Shown in pieces: positions 9,801-18,318 of a stretch of 64,000 nt of DNA. The stretch is taken from positions 5,120 through 69,119 of the forward strand of contig JBMOPB010000013.1 of the NCBI GenBank assembly GCA_049325055.1, read 5' to 3'. The stretch is from Bacillota bacterium (GTDB lineage Bacteria; Bacillota; Desulfotomaculia; Desulfotomaculales; Desulfocucumaceae). The position numbers and the translations under genes were made by a program. How positions within the stretch are numbered: position 1 is the first letter of the stretch; every line of letters starts with the position of its first letter. A model generated the notes under the pieces. The model made no database searches. It saw only the letters and a list, made by a program, of their open reading frames with translations, and was not told the DNA's origin.

Positions 9801-10118
9801 ATGTTCGGTGGCAACATGCAAAAGATGATGAAACAGGTTCAAAAAATGCAGGCCGATATGGCAAAACTGCAGGAGGAGCTGGGCACCCGCACTGTTGAGA
9901 GCACGGCCGGCGGCGGTGTGGTTAAAGCGGTGGCCAACGGAAAGCTGGAAGTGGTATCCATTGAAATAAAGCCCGAAGCGGTGGATCCGGAGGACGTGGA
10001 AATGCTGCAGGACCTTATACTTACCGCGGTAAACGGATCCATAAAGCAGGCCCAGGAGATGGTGGCCAGAGAGATGGGGAAGGTTACCGGCGGGATGAAC
10101 ATACCGGGTTTGTTTTAA
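9801..10118 (+). CDS. ybaB: Nucleoid-associated protein YbaB/EbfC
   Basis: 105 aa. N-terminus [12 protein letters not shown]. Conserved dnaX-ybaB-recR order. Confidence 0.92.
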   Translation: MFGGNMQKMMKQVQKMQADMAKLQEELGTRTVESTAGGGVVKAVANGKLEVVSIEIKPEAVDPEDVEMLQDLILTAVNGSIKQAQEMVAREMGKVTGGMNIPGLF

Positions 10119-10135
10119 GTACGGGCTGTGTTGCT

Positions 10136-10236
10136 GGAAGTGGGAGGCGAGAGGTGAGAGGTTGGATTCTTGAGGGAATTTGCTCCGCAAATTCCTTCTT
10201 AAGCTCACTTCCAACTTCTCACATCTCACCTCTCAA
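10136..10236. repeat. Long imperfect palindrome built of degenerate heptamers (GAGAGGT type)
   Basis: Left arm GGAAGTG GGAGGCG AGAGGTG AGAGGTT GGATTCT. Centre GGAATTTGC-tcc-GCAAATTCC. Right arm CTCACTT CCAACTT CTCACAT CTCACCT CTCAAAT. Confidence 0.7.
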
Positions 10237-10300
10237 ATCGGCCCTGCTGGGGTCGTGAAAAGCTTCGTCCCATTCAGCTTTGCGGGAGGTAATCGAAATA

Positions 10301-10900
10301 ATGACTACGCCCGGGCCTATAGCCCGACTGATTGATGAATTTGCCAGGCTGCCGGGAATCGGGCCGAAAACTGCCCAGCGCCTGGCCTTTTATGTTTTGA
10401 ACGCCCCGCCCGAGATGGCCCGTAGCCTCTCCAGGGCTCTCCTGGAGGCCAGGGAAAGCATTCGGCGCTGCTCCCGGTGCTGCGACCTTACAGACCGCGA
10501 CCCGTGCGCAATATGCGGGGATACCAGGAGGAACGACGAGATATTGTGCGTCGTTGAGCATCCCAGGGATGTAATCGCCATGGAAAGGTCCAGGGGTTTT
10601 AAGGGCCGCTATCATGTGCTTCACGGGGCCATATCGCCCATGTCCGGGGTGGGGCCGGGGGACCTTGCCGTCAGGGAACTGCTGGAGAGGCTGGCCGCCA
10701 GTGACGTAAGGGAGGTCATTATCGCCACCAATCCCAACGTTGAAGGGGACGCCACCGCGCTGTACCTGGCCAGGCTGATAAAGCCGTCCGGGATAAGGGT
10801 TACAAGGATAGCCCACGGCCTTCCGGTGGGGGCAAGCCTTGAGTACGCCGATGAAATGACACTTTCAAAGGCGCTGGAGGGCCGGCAGGAGCTGGGTTGA
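10301..10900 (+). CDS. recR: Recombination protein RecR
   Basis: ORF 10280-10900. HhH motif [14 protein letters not shown]. Cys4 zinc finger [12 protein letters not shown]. Toprim region. Confidence 0.95.
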   Translation: MTTPGPIARLIDEFARLPGIGPKTAQRLAFYVLNAPPEMARSLSRALLEARESIRRCSRCCDLTDRDPCAICGDTRRNDEILCVVEHPRDVIAMERSRGFKGRYHVLHGAISPMSGVGPGDLAVRELLERLAASDVREVIIATNPNVEGDATALYLARLIKPSGIRVTRIAHGLPVGASLEYADEMTLSKALEGRQELG

Positions 10901-10934
10901 AAGGGATGTTGCGCTAAGCTGATTTAATGAAAAA

Positions 10935-10972
10935 CCCCACCTGGTTTTATTCAGAGGTGGGGTCGTTCTTTT
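10935..10972 (+). terminator. Rho-independent terminator after recR
   Basis: Stem CCCCACCT/AGGTGGGG followed by a T-rich tract. Confidence 0.65.
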
Positions 10973-11147
10973 ATGCATCGTTTCTTTTCTTATTTTCAAC
11001 GGCTAACACATCCTTGAGCTTATAAAAAACATAATACAATGTAACACAATGTGCAACAGATAAGGCTCTATATATGAAGCTGAAGGAATATTATTCCATT
11101 TAACCGCATAATCAATTTATAGGCTTGTACTGAAAGGATGATGAGCG

Positions 11148-11417
11148 GTGGAATGGAAATTCGCCTTCGCGGCCCTGATGGTTGTTTTCCTGCTGGTTGT
11201 GGCGGCGGTGTTCATGCTGAAGCCTGTAAAAATACTGATCCGGCTTTTTACATGCGCGGTTGTGGGCACGCTGGTCATTCTGCTGGCCAATGTGCTGCTG
11301 GCCCACTTTGGCATGCGCATAGCCATTAACCCGGCCACTGTTCTCACGGTGGGGTTGTTGAATATACCCGGGGCAATTCTTCTCGTTGTGCTGAATTATT
11401 TTTTCGTTCAGGGGTAA
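11148..11417 (+). CDS. bofA: Pro-sigma-K processing inhibitor BofA-like membrane protein
   Basis: 89 aa, two TM segments. C-terminal INPATVLTVGLLNIPGAILLVVL resembles BofA. Same location (after recR) as in B. subtilis. Confidence 0.7.
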   Translation: MEWKFAFAALMVVFLLVVAAVFMLKPVKILIRLFTCAVVGTLVILLANVLLAHFGMRIAINPATVLTVGLLNIPGAILLVVLNYFFVQG

Positions 11418-11672
11418 ACTTTAATTATTGGCTTTTAGAGAGGAAAATCAATGGCTTCATTCCGCCTTTGGCGGGGTGAACTCGAAATGTTCAAACAATA
11501 GTGTCGGTTTATTGACATTTTTTATTTTTGCAATATACTATTTATAGTGTTTTTCATAAAACGGGTGGCATGTGCATTGCGCCCGGTTTTGTTTATGTAG
11601 GGGAAAATTTTTAAAATTCTAAGAATAGAATACAAAAATTAGAATGTAAATATTTGCCTGAATAAACGGGGG

Positions 11673-12350
11673 GTGAGGTTTAATATTTCGAGCCGTATAG
11701 TGGAAGCATATGTAGGAGAATATGCCAGCGGCAAAAGCGAGGTGGCCGTAAACAGGGCGCTGATGCTCTCCGGCATGGGGCGCACCGTAACGCTGGTGGA
11801 CCTTGATATTGTGGAGCCGTGCTATACCCTGCGGCCCATAAAAAACAAGCTTTCTGACGCGGGCATAAAGGTATTGGCCTGGGAGACAAGGGATATGGTG
11901 GGCCTCGGCGAGACCGGCAACGTGCTAAGGGCCGAAAATCGCTGGGCGCTTAAGCGGCCGGGGGATATAATACTGGATATCGGCTACGGCGTCGGGGGGT
12001 CCCGGACCCTGAACCTCCTGGAGGGTGCCCAGAATGACCCGGACCTGAAAGTGGTGGCCGTTATAAACACTTCACGGCCCATGACCGGGACGGTGGAGGA
12101 CATAGTGGAATATGTAAGGGAACTGGGCAACGTTGACATACTGCTTAACAATACGCATCTGGGTGATGAGACCACCGCCGAAATTGTTCAGGAGGGGGCC
12201 GTGGCTGTAAATGAAGCGGCCAGGGTCCTGGGAATGCCTGTACTGGCGACAACGGCGGTGGAAAAAATAGCGGCCGACATCGGGCCTAAAGATTGCATGG
12301 GTAATCCGGTGTGGCCCATCAGGCGGTATATGCCGCAAACACTCTGGTAA
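11673..12350 (+). CDS. P-loop NTPase (SIMIBI/MinD-ParA-CooC-like), function unknown
   Basis: 225 aa. Walker A GEYASGKS. VTLVDLDIVEP switch-like segment. Walker B-like DIILDIGYG. GTG start is uncertain. Confidence 0.6.
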   Translation: MRFNISSRIVEAYVGEYASGKSEVAVNRALMLSGMGRTVTLVDLDIVEPCYTLRPIKNKLSDAGIKVLAWETRDMVGLGETGNVLRAENRWALKRPGDIILDIGYGVGGSRTLNLLEGAQNDPDLKVVAVINTSRPMTGTVEDIVEYVRELGNVDILLNNTHLGDETTAEIVQEGAVAVNEAARVLGMPVLATTAVEKIAADIGPKDCMGNPVWPIRRYMPQTLW

Positions 12351-12362
12351 AAAAGTTTGGGT

Positions 12363-12528
12363 AGAATTCAGAATCCAGAAGCCAGAATTCAGAATTTTGA
12401 CCCTTTCGTATAACGTTAGAAGGAGCATAGAAAAGCTGTTTTTGTGATGCGGTTTGTAAGTTCAATCCGGGGAACCTTTAAAGGGAGTGTTTTTTATTCT
12501 GGATTCTGACTCCTGAATTCTGTATTCC
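12363..12528. repeat. Heptad-periodic inverted repeat pair (AGAATYC type) flanking a ~99 bp core, MITE-like
   Basis: Left arm 12363-12396: AGAATTC AGAATCC AGAAGCC AGAATTC AGAATTT. Right arm 12496-12528: ATTCTGG ATTCTGA CTCCTGA ATTCTGT ATTCC. The arms match 27/33 when reverse-complemented. Confidence 0.75.
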
Positions 12529-12582
12529 TAACCCTGGTGAAATGCTTATAAGCCAAACAGATTTAGGAGGTGTACCTGAAAT

Positions 12583-13671
12583 ATGCCAGAAAAACCCATT
12601 AAGGGGGAAAAGCGGTTCTTCATGACCGGCAACGAAGTGGTGGCCTACGCCGCGGTTATGGCAAACGCCGATATAATGTACGGCTATCCCATCACCCCCC
12701 AGAACGAGATCATGCATTACTGGACAAGGATGGCTCCCAAGTACGGGAAAGAGTTTCTGCAGACAGAGGATGAGCTGTCGGCCGGGTTTACAACGGTGGG
12801 CGGCGTTCTTGCCGGCAGGAAGTCCTTTACCGCCACCGCCGGCCCGGGCAACACTCTCATGCAGGAGCCCATTTCCATGGCCGAAGCCATGAGGCTGCCC
12901 ATAGTGGTTGTAGTTCAGCAGAGGGGAGGCCCGTCAACCGCCACGGTTATTTATTCCCAGCAGGAGGTCACCATGACCACCATCGGCGGCAACGGGGAAG
13001 GCTTCCGCGTTGTTTACTCCACCTCTAACCACCAGGAACTGTACGACTATACCATCAAGGCGTTCAACACCGCCTGGAAATACCGCTTCCCCACCTTTAT
13101 ACTGGGAGACGGCTACCAGGCCAAAATGAGGGAGTCACTGGTAATGTACGACCCTGAGGCCAGGGGCATCGAGATGGTTTCCTCAGAAGCCTATGTAGGC
13201 AAGCCCGGAGTGCCGGGAGTGGACAGGCCCCCCGGACAGTACCGCAACACCTACAACGTAGAGGAAGAGCTGTATGAGGTAGTGGAAAGCCTCCAAAAAG
13301 ATTTTAACGCCATGGCTCCCTTTGTGGCCGAATACGACAGCCTGGCGGCCGACGAGTCCGACCTGGTGGTTGTATCCCACGGAGTAGTTTCCAGGGCTGT
13401 TAAAGAAGCCGTCAAGGAGCTGAGGGAACAGGGACTGAAGGTCGGCTACTTCCGGCCCATTACATTGCGCCCGATGGCCGAAAAAGAACTGAGGGAAGTG
13501 GCCAACAAGGCCAAGGCACTGCTTGTGGCTGAATCGTCCGTGGGACAGCTTGCCCGTTTGGTCAAGGATGCCATATACGGATGCAGCGCCGACATAATAC
13601 CCTTCTATAAGCCGGGAGTGGGCATAACCGCCGAGGAAGTGTCCTCCAAGGTCAGGTCGATACTGGGTTAA
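12583..13671 (+). CDS. 2-oxoacid:ferredoxin oxidoreductase, alpha subunit
   Basis: 362 aa. N-terminal GNEVVAYAAVMANADIMYGYPITPQNE typical of POR/KOR/VOR alpha subunits. AGGAGG RBS. Confidence 0.88.
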   Translation: MPEKPIKGEKRFFMTGNEVVAYAAVMANADIMYGYPITPQNEIMHYWTRMAPKYGKEFLQTEDELSAGFTTVGGVLAGRKSFTATAGPGNTLMQEPISMAEAMRLPIVVVVQQRGGPSTATVIYSQQEVTMTTIGGNGEGFRVVYSTSNHQELYDYTIKAFNTAWKYRFPTFILGDGYQAKMRESLVMYDPEARGIEMVSSEAYVGKPGVPGVDRPPGQYRNTYNVEEELYEVVESLQKDFNAMAPFVAEYDSLAADESDLVVVSHGVVSRAVKEAVKELREQGLKVGYFRPITLRPMAEKELREVANKAKALLVAESSVGQLARLVKDAIYGCSADIIPFYKPGVGITAEEVSSKVRSILG

Positions 13672-13825
13672 GGCCGGGAAGGCTTATATATACAGAAAAC
13701 GGCCATATGGCCGGACTGATGTTTTCATTTGTTATGTTTCAGAGATTTGCTTATTGAACGAAAGGGCTTTTGCTTGCCGGGTTTAAAGAGGCCCTTTTGC
13801 GGGAGATTGAAAGGAGGCTTTCATA

Positions 13826-14584
13826 ATGTCTGTACAGATAGCCATGCCCAAAAGCTGGCGAGTCGATACAAAACCGCATAAATTTTGTCCCGGGTGCGGC
13901 CACGGCTTGGTTTTGAAGGCTCTGGGAGAAGCCATCGACGAACTGGGCATCCAGGACAGGGCGGTATACGGCTGTGATATCGGGTGCTCACTCCTTTCCT
14001 GGGATTTTTTCAACATCGACTCAATTCAGACCCACCACGGGAGGACCACCCCGGTAATCACCGGTATAAAAAGGGCAAATCCCGGTCTTATCGGCATTGC
14101 CTACATGGGCGACGGCGGCGGGTACGCCATAGGTTCCCAGCACCTGGTCAACGCGGCGGCCAGAAATGAAAAAATCACCGTTATACTGGTCAACAACACC
14201 CAGTACGGAATGACCGGCGGTCAGATGGCCCCAACCACCATGCCGGGCCAAAAGACCGAAACCAGTCCTTACGGGCGTGATGCCGAAAAGACCGGTTATC
14301 CCACACAGGGCCCGGAAATGGTGGCTGCCATCACCCAGGAAGGGGCCTACGTGGCCAGGGGAACAGTATCAAATCCCAAGCAGCTTAAGGGTTTTATCAA
14401 GAAAGCACTGGAAAACCAGATCAACGGCAACGGGTTTTCCTTCGTAGAGGTGCTGTCCACATGCCCCACCAACTGGCGTACCAACGCCGAGGAGACATGG
14501 AAATTCCTGGAGAAGGAAATGACCAAATATTTCAAGGTAGGAGAAATAAAAGTGCCAGAATCCCGGCATGAGGAGGGAAAATAA
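13826..14584 (+). CDS. 2-oxoacid:ferredoxin oxidoreductase, beta (TPP-binding) subunit
   Basis: 252 aa. CPGCGHG N-terminal motif. TPP motif GDGG..N22..NN. Confidence 0.88.
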   Translation: MSVQIAMPKSWRVDTKPHKFCPGCGHGLVLKALGEAIDELGIQDRAVYGCDIGCSLLSWDFFNIDSIQTHHGRTTPVITGIKRANPGLIGIAYMGDGGGYAIGSQHLVNAAARNEKITVILVNNTQYGMTGGQMAPTTMPGQKTETSPYGRDAEKTGYPTQGPEMVAAITQEGAYVARGTVSNPKQLKGFIKKALENQINGNGFSFVEVLSTCPTNWRTNAEETWKFLEKEMTKYFKVGEIKVPESRHEEGK

Positions 14585-15150
14585 TGGCTAAGGCGGTTAA
14601 AATCATTCTGGCCGGAGAAGGCGGCCAGGGTGTGCAGTCGGTGGCCGAGATTATCGCCGAGGCTGCCAATGAAGAAGGCCGGGAAGCCCTGTACATTCCC
14701 AATTTCGGCGTGGAGCAGCGGGGCGGGGTTTCGGTTGCTTATCTGCAGATCGGAGACGAGGCCATCGGATCACCCAAATTCCTTACGGCTGACATAGTAA
14801 TTGCCTTGAGTGACAGGGCGGTTTACAGGACCCGCCAGTACGTGGGGCCGGACACAATTTTTGTTTACGACGCCGGCATAGAGGTGCCCCAGGACGCAAT
14901 ACCCGGGAACGCCAAGAAGGTCCTCGCCATTCCGGCCCTGCAGGTGGCCAACGAGGAACTGAACCCCCGGGTGTTCAACGTTATCATCATGGGGGCCGTT
15001 GTCAAGGCCACCAAGGTTGTAACAGATGAACGGGCCAAGGATGCAATTGAGAAAAAACTGGGTTACAAGTTTGAGAAGAACCCCAAGCTCCGGGAACTCA
15101 ACTTCAAGGCCATAGACCGGGGCGCCGAACTTGTGGCCGCTTTACTGTAG
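14584..15150 (+). CDS. 2-oxoacid:ferredoxin oxidoreductase, gamma subunit
   Basis: 188 aa. GEGGQGV motif. Start overlaps the beta stop (TAATG). Confidence 0.85.
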   Translation: MAKAVKIILAGEGGQGVQSVAEIIAEAANEEGREALYIPNFGVEQRGGVSVAYLQIGDEAIGSPKFLTADIVIALSDRAVYRTRQYVGPDTIFVYDAGIEVPQDAIPGNAKKVLAIPALQVANEELNPRVFNVIIMGAVVKATKVVTDERAKDAIEKKLGYKFEKNPKLRELNFKAIDRGAELVAALL

Positions 15151-15163
15151 GAGGTGGCTGAAA

Positions 15164-15451
15164 ATGACGCAAACTGTCGCCGGGAATTCTTCCGAAGTTA
15201 AAGCGCCGGATTTTAAAGCCAGGCCCTTTGAAGTGGAAAAAGGACTGTGGGCAATATTTCCCGGGCTGTGCAAGGGGTGTGGCCTGTGTATACAAAAATG
15301 CCCCAAGAAATGCATGTCCTGGTCCGACGTGCTGGGCGTGTACGGCACACCGTCGGTTGAAATAAACGACGAGTGCATAGCCTGTGGCATCTGCCAGACC
15401 GTATGCCCCGACTGCGCCATCAGCGTGGCCAAGAAAAAGGGTGAGAAATAA
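15164..15451 (+). CDS. 4Fe-4S ferredoxin-type delta subunit
   Basis: ORF 15131-15451. ATG 15164 follows GGAGG. Two cluster motifs, CKGCGLCIQKCP and CIACGICQTVCP. Confidence 0.8.
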   Translation: MTQTVAGNSSEVKAPDFKARPFEVEKGLWAIFPGLCKGCGLCIQKCPKKCMSWSDVLGVYGTPSVEINDECIACGICQTVCPDCAISVAKKKGEK

Positions 15452-15473
15452 ACAGCAAAAAGTGGTTGTTTTT

Positions 15474-15513
15474 AAAGAGGCGGAGATTTAATCAATCCCC
15501 GGCCTCTTTTTTG
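15474..15513 (+). terminator. Rho-independent terminator after the oxidoreductase operon
   Basis: Stem AGAGGC(G)G / CCGGCCTCT followed by TTTTTTG. Confidence 0.55.
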
Positions 15514-15587
15514 TTTGTAACAACCTGACACCGGTGGGAATACTTTTAAATATCCCGATTTATTCCGGTGTTTGAGGAGTGGCGTGA

Positions 15588-15779
15588 ATGACGGAAATTA
15601 TGTCTCAAAGGTGTATAATCTGCGGCCAGGAAGGCGTTTATGTAGACGGGCTTTTATTAAGGGGCAGTTTCATCTGCGGAGACTGTGAGCATAAACTGGT
15701 GAATTCCAGGTGTTGTGATTATATTTACGGTCTTTACATAAACGGGTTAAAAAAAATATGGCGTTGCACCGGAACCTGA
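15588..15779 (+). CDS. csfB: Sigma-G inhibitor Gin (CsfB)-like zinc protein
   Basis: 63 aa. CIIC-N16-CGDC motif. Position equivalent to B. subtilis csfB (between bofA and the yaaO decarboxylase). Confidence 0.65.
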   Translation: MTEIMSQRCIICGQEGVYVDGLLLRGSFICGDCEHKLVNSRCCDYIYGLYINGLKKIWRCTGT

Positions 15780-15994
15780 CCCGTCATCTGGGAGCTGTTT
15801 TTTCTGGCCAGCCGCAGCCTGCGGTGGGCCATCTCTATATCGGCCTTTATCTGCCTGAGTTTTACCGGGTCGATTCCTGTTTCCCGTGCTATCTCGAAAT
15901 CCGTAAGGCCCTTTTTCCACGCCCTGATCAGCCGGACCACATTGGTGCGGTATTTTTTTGACAGCAGTTTTTCGTCGATTTTTTCTGCCGACAC
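15734..15994 (-). CDS. Small helix-turn-helix protein, function unknown
   Basis: ORF 15734-16003. GTG at 15994 lies 9 nt after AAGGAG. HTH-like GLTDFEIARETGIDPVKLRQIK. 3-prime end overlaps csfB convergently by 46 nt. Confidence 0.5.
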   Translation of the reverse strand: MSAEKIDEKLLSKKYRTNVVRLIRAWKKGLTDFEIARETGIDPVKLRQIKADIEMAHRRLRLARKNSSQMTGQVPVQRHIFFNPFM

Positions 15995-16160
15995 GGGATT
16001 CAACTCCTTTCCCGGGTTTTAGTTTTAAATAAAGCTTAATCAAATATAGTTTGCATCATTAAAAAGCTAATATTAATTAAAATGTTGGTAATATGCAATT
16101 AAAACGCCATGAGATATAATTTCAGCATAAAATTATTTATTTTTGGTTCGATAACTCATT

Positions 16161-17615
16161 ATGAAAAAAAATCAATTTGAAACACCTCTTGTGGATGCCA
16201 TCTTAAAATACATTCTGTCGGGCCCTGCCAGATTCCATGTGCCGGGTCACGGCGGGGGAAAGGCTGCGCCGGGCGAACTGCTTTCCCTGGCGGGGCGGGA
16301 CGTTTTTCTAATGGACGTTACCGAGCTGCCCGGGCTGGACGACCTGAACGGCCCTGCGGGAGTGATAGCCAGTGCCCAGGAACTGGCCGCCGGAGCATTC
16401 GGGGCTGACAGGAGCTTCTTCCTGGCCAACGGGACCACCGGGGGACTGCAGGCGCTGATTCTTGCGTCCGGCCGTCCGGGGGACAGGCTTATACTGCCCA
16501 GGAACTGCCACCGCTCCATCATCGGGGGGCTTGTGCTGTCCGGAATGGACCCGGTTTTTATCACCCCATCCATTGTACCGGACTTCAATTTTGCCGCCGG
16601 GGTTCCGGTGTCCTCGGTGGAAAGGGCTGTAACGGAAAACCCGGGCGCCAGGGCTGTTTTGTGTGTTCATCCCACCTACTACGGTACGGCCGGGAATACT
16701 TGCGAAGCCGCCCGCCTGGCCCACGCCGCAGGGATGCCCCTTTTGGCCGACGAGGCCCACGGGTCCCACCTGTACTTTCACCCGGACTTGCCGGAGGGGG
16801 CGCTTGAGTCCGGCGCCGACGCCTCGGTGCAGAGCCTGCATAAAACCGGCGGGTCTATGACACAGTCATCCGTTTTACACCTAAAGGGTACGCTCCTGGA
16901 CCCCTGCAGGGTGTTTTCAGCTGTCAAAATGATACAGACAAGCAGTCCCTCTTATATACTGATGGCCTCACTGGACGCCGCCCGCAAGCAACTGGCCACC
17001 CGGGGGCATGAGATCTTGGGGGAGGTGCTGGAGGCGGCCCTGGAGCTGAGAGAGCGGCTTTCAGGCATAGGGGGAATAGAGGTTTTGGGGCCCCGGAACC
17101 TGGACGGGGACGCGGTATTTGCTTTTGATCCGTGCCGGGTGGTAATAAGGGTCAGCGGGCTGGGCCTCACAGGGTACCAGGCCTCCGGATGGCTGGCCCG
17201 GAACCATGGCATATATGTTGAAATGGCTGACAGGGATAACCTTGTTGTCGTTCTGGGGCTGGGGGCTTCACGGGAAGACTGCCGGAAACTGGCCCGGGCC
17301 GTAGGTGACTTTGCCAAAAGGGAGGGTAAGGGCCGTAACCTTTCACCTATTCCCGGAATGCCTGAACCCAGGATGGTTATGAATCCCAGGGACGCCTGGT
17401 TTGCCCCCTCCCGCCGGGTAAAGCTGGACCGTTCATCCGGGCTGGTGTGCGGGGAGTGGGTGGCGGTTTACCCCCCGGGAATACCGGCGCTTCTTCCGGG
17501 GGAGGAGATAACCAGGGAGACGTTGAATTATTTAACCTCGGCCAGGGATGCCGGAGCCTGCTTCCAGGGCCCGGACGATCCCGGGCTGGAATATCTGAAT
17601 GTAATTGACGGGTAG
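16161..17615 (+). CDS. PLP-dependent Orn/Lys/Arg decarboxylase (YaaO-like)
   Basis: 484 aa. Major-domain motif SLHKTGG (PLP lysine). Same position as B. subtilis yaaO, upstream of tmk. Confidence 0.88.
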   Translation: MKKNQFETPLVDAILKYILSGPARFHVPGHGGGKAAPGELLSLAGRDVFLMDVTELPGLDDLNGPAGVIASAQELAAGAFGADRSFFLANGTTGGLQALILASGRPGDRLILPRNCHRSIIGGLVLSGMDPVFITPSIVPDFNFAAGVPVSSVERAVTENPGARAVLCVHPTYYGTAGNTCEAARLAHAAGMPLLADEAHGSHLYFHPDLPEGALESGADASVQSLHKTGGSMTQSSVLHLKGTLLDPCRVFSAVKMIQTSSPSYILMASLDAARKQLATRGHEILGEVLEAALELRERLSGIGGIEVLGPRNLDGDAVFAFDPCRVVIRVSGLGLTGYQASGWLARNHGIYVEMADRDNLVVVLGLGASREDCRKLARAVGDFAKREGKGRNLSPIPGMPEPRMVMNPRDAWFAPSRRVKLDRSSGLVCGEWVAVYPPGIPALLPGEEITRETLNYLTSARDAGACFQGPDDPGLEYLNVIDG

Positions 17616-17691
17616 GATTTAAGAATCGCAGGACATGCCCCCAGCATTTGTTTAAGCGAGTCAAAACTAAGCATTCAAGGAATATAAAGCC

Positions 17692-18318
17692 ATGAAAAAA
17701 GGATTGTTTATAGTATTCGAAGGAATTGACGGTTCCGGCAAGACCACCCAGGCAGACCTGCTGGCCTCATCACTTTCAGACGGCGGGTATGGAGTACTGG
17801 TCACAAGGGACCCGGGGGGAACAGCTCTGGGGGAAGGTCTTAGAAATGTACTGCTATACGGCGCCGGGCCCGTCGATCCGGTGGCCGAGGCGCTGCTGTA
17901 CGGTGCGGCCAGGGCACAGCTGGTGGCCGAAAGGATAATCCCGGCCCTAAAGACTGGATCGGTGGTGATTTGCGACCGCTTTGCCGATTCCATGACTGCC
18001 TACCAGGGAGCGGGCAAGGGGCTGGACAGGGGTTTTCTTGAAGGTATCAACACATACGCATGTATGGGGCTGGAGCCGGAAATAACCATACTGCTTGATA
18101 TTGATCCTTCCATGGCCTTGGCCAGGCTCACCCGGCCAGCAGACCGCATGGAAAGGGAAGGGATAGAATTCTTGCAGCGGGTGCGGAAAGGATATTTGGA
18201 CATGGCGGGGAGAAACCCGGGACGTTACCTGGTCATTGACGGGTCAATGCCGGCGCAAAAAATGTTTCCGTTGATCAGGTCCGCGGTGAACAGGTTGCTG
18301 GAGGAACGGTGGGTATGA
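17692..18318 (+). CDS. tmk: Thymidylate kinase
   Basis: 208 aa. P-loop FEGIDGSGKTTQ. DRF motif (CDRFADS). Confidence 0.95.
   Translation: MKKGLFIVFEGIDGSGKTTQADLLASSLSDGGYGVLVTRDPGGTALGEGLRNVLLYGAGPVDPVAEALLYGAARAQLVAERIIPALKTGSVVICDRFADSMTAYQGAGKGLDRGFLEGINTYACMGLEPEITILLDIDPSMALARLTRPADRMEREGIEFLQRVRKGYLDMAGRNPGRYLVIDGSMPAQKMFPLIRSAVNRLLEERWV

Noticed and set aside
10901-11147. Expected yaaL (DUF2508) gene between recR and bofA, and an rRNA operon after bofA as in B. subtilis
   Set aside because: There is no suitable open frame on either strand in the 250-bp spacer, and no rRNA-like sequence anywhere in the window.
12363-12528. Possible CRISPR array (short repeats of AGAAT-type sequence here and at 42.9/43.8 kb)
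   Set aside because: The units are 7 nt, degenerate, directly abutting (no spacers) and arranged as inverted arms. No cas genes are present. This is not a CRISPR array.
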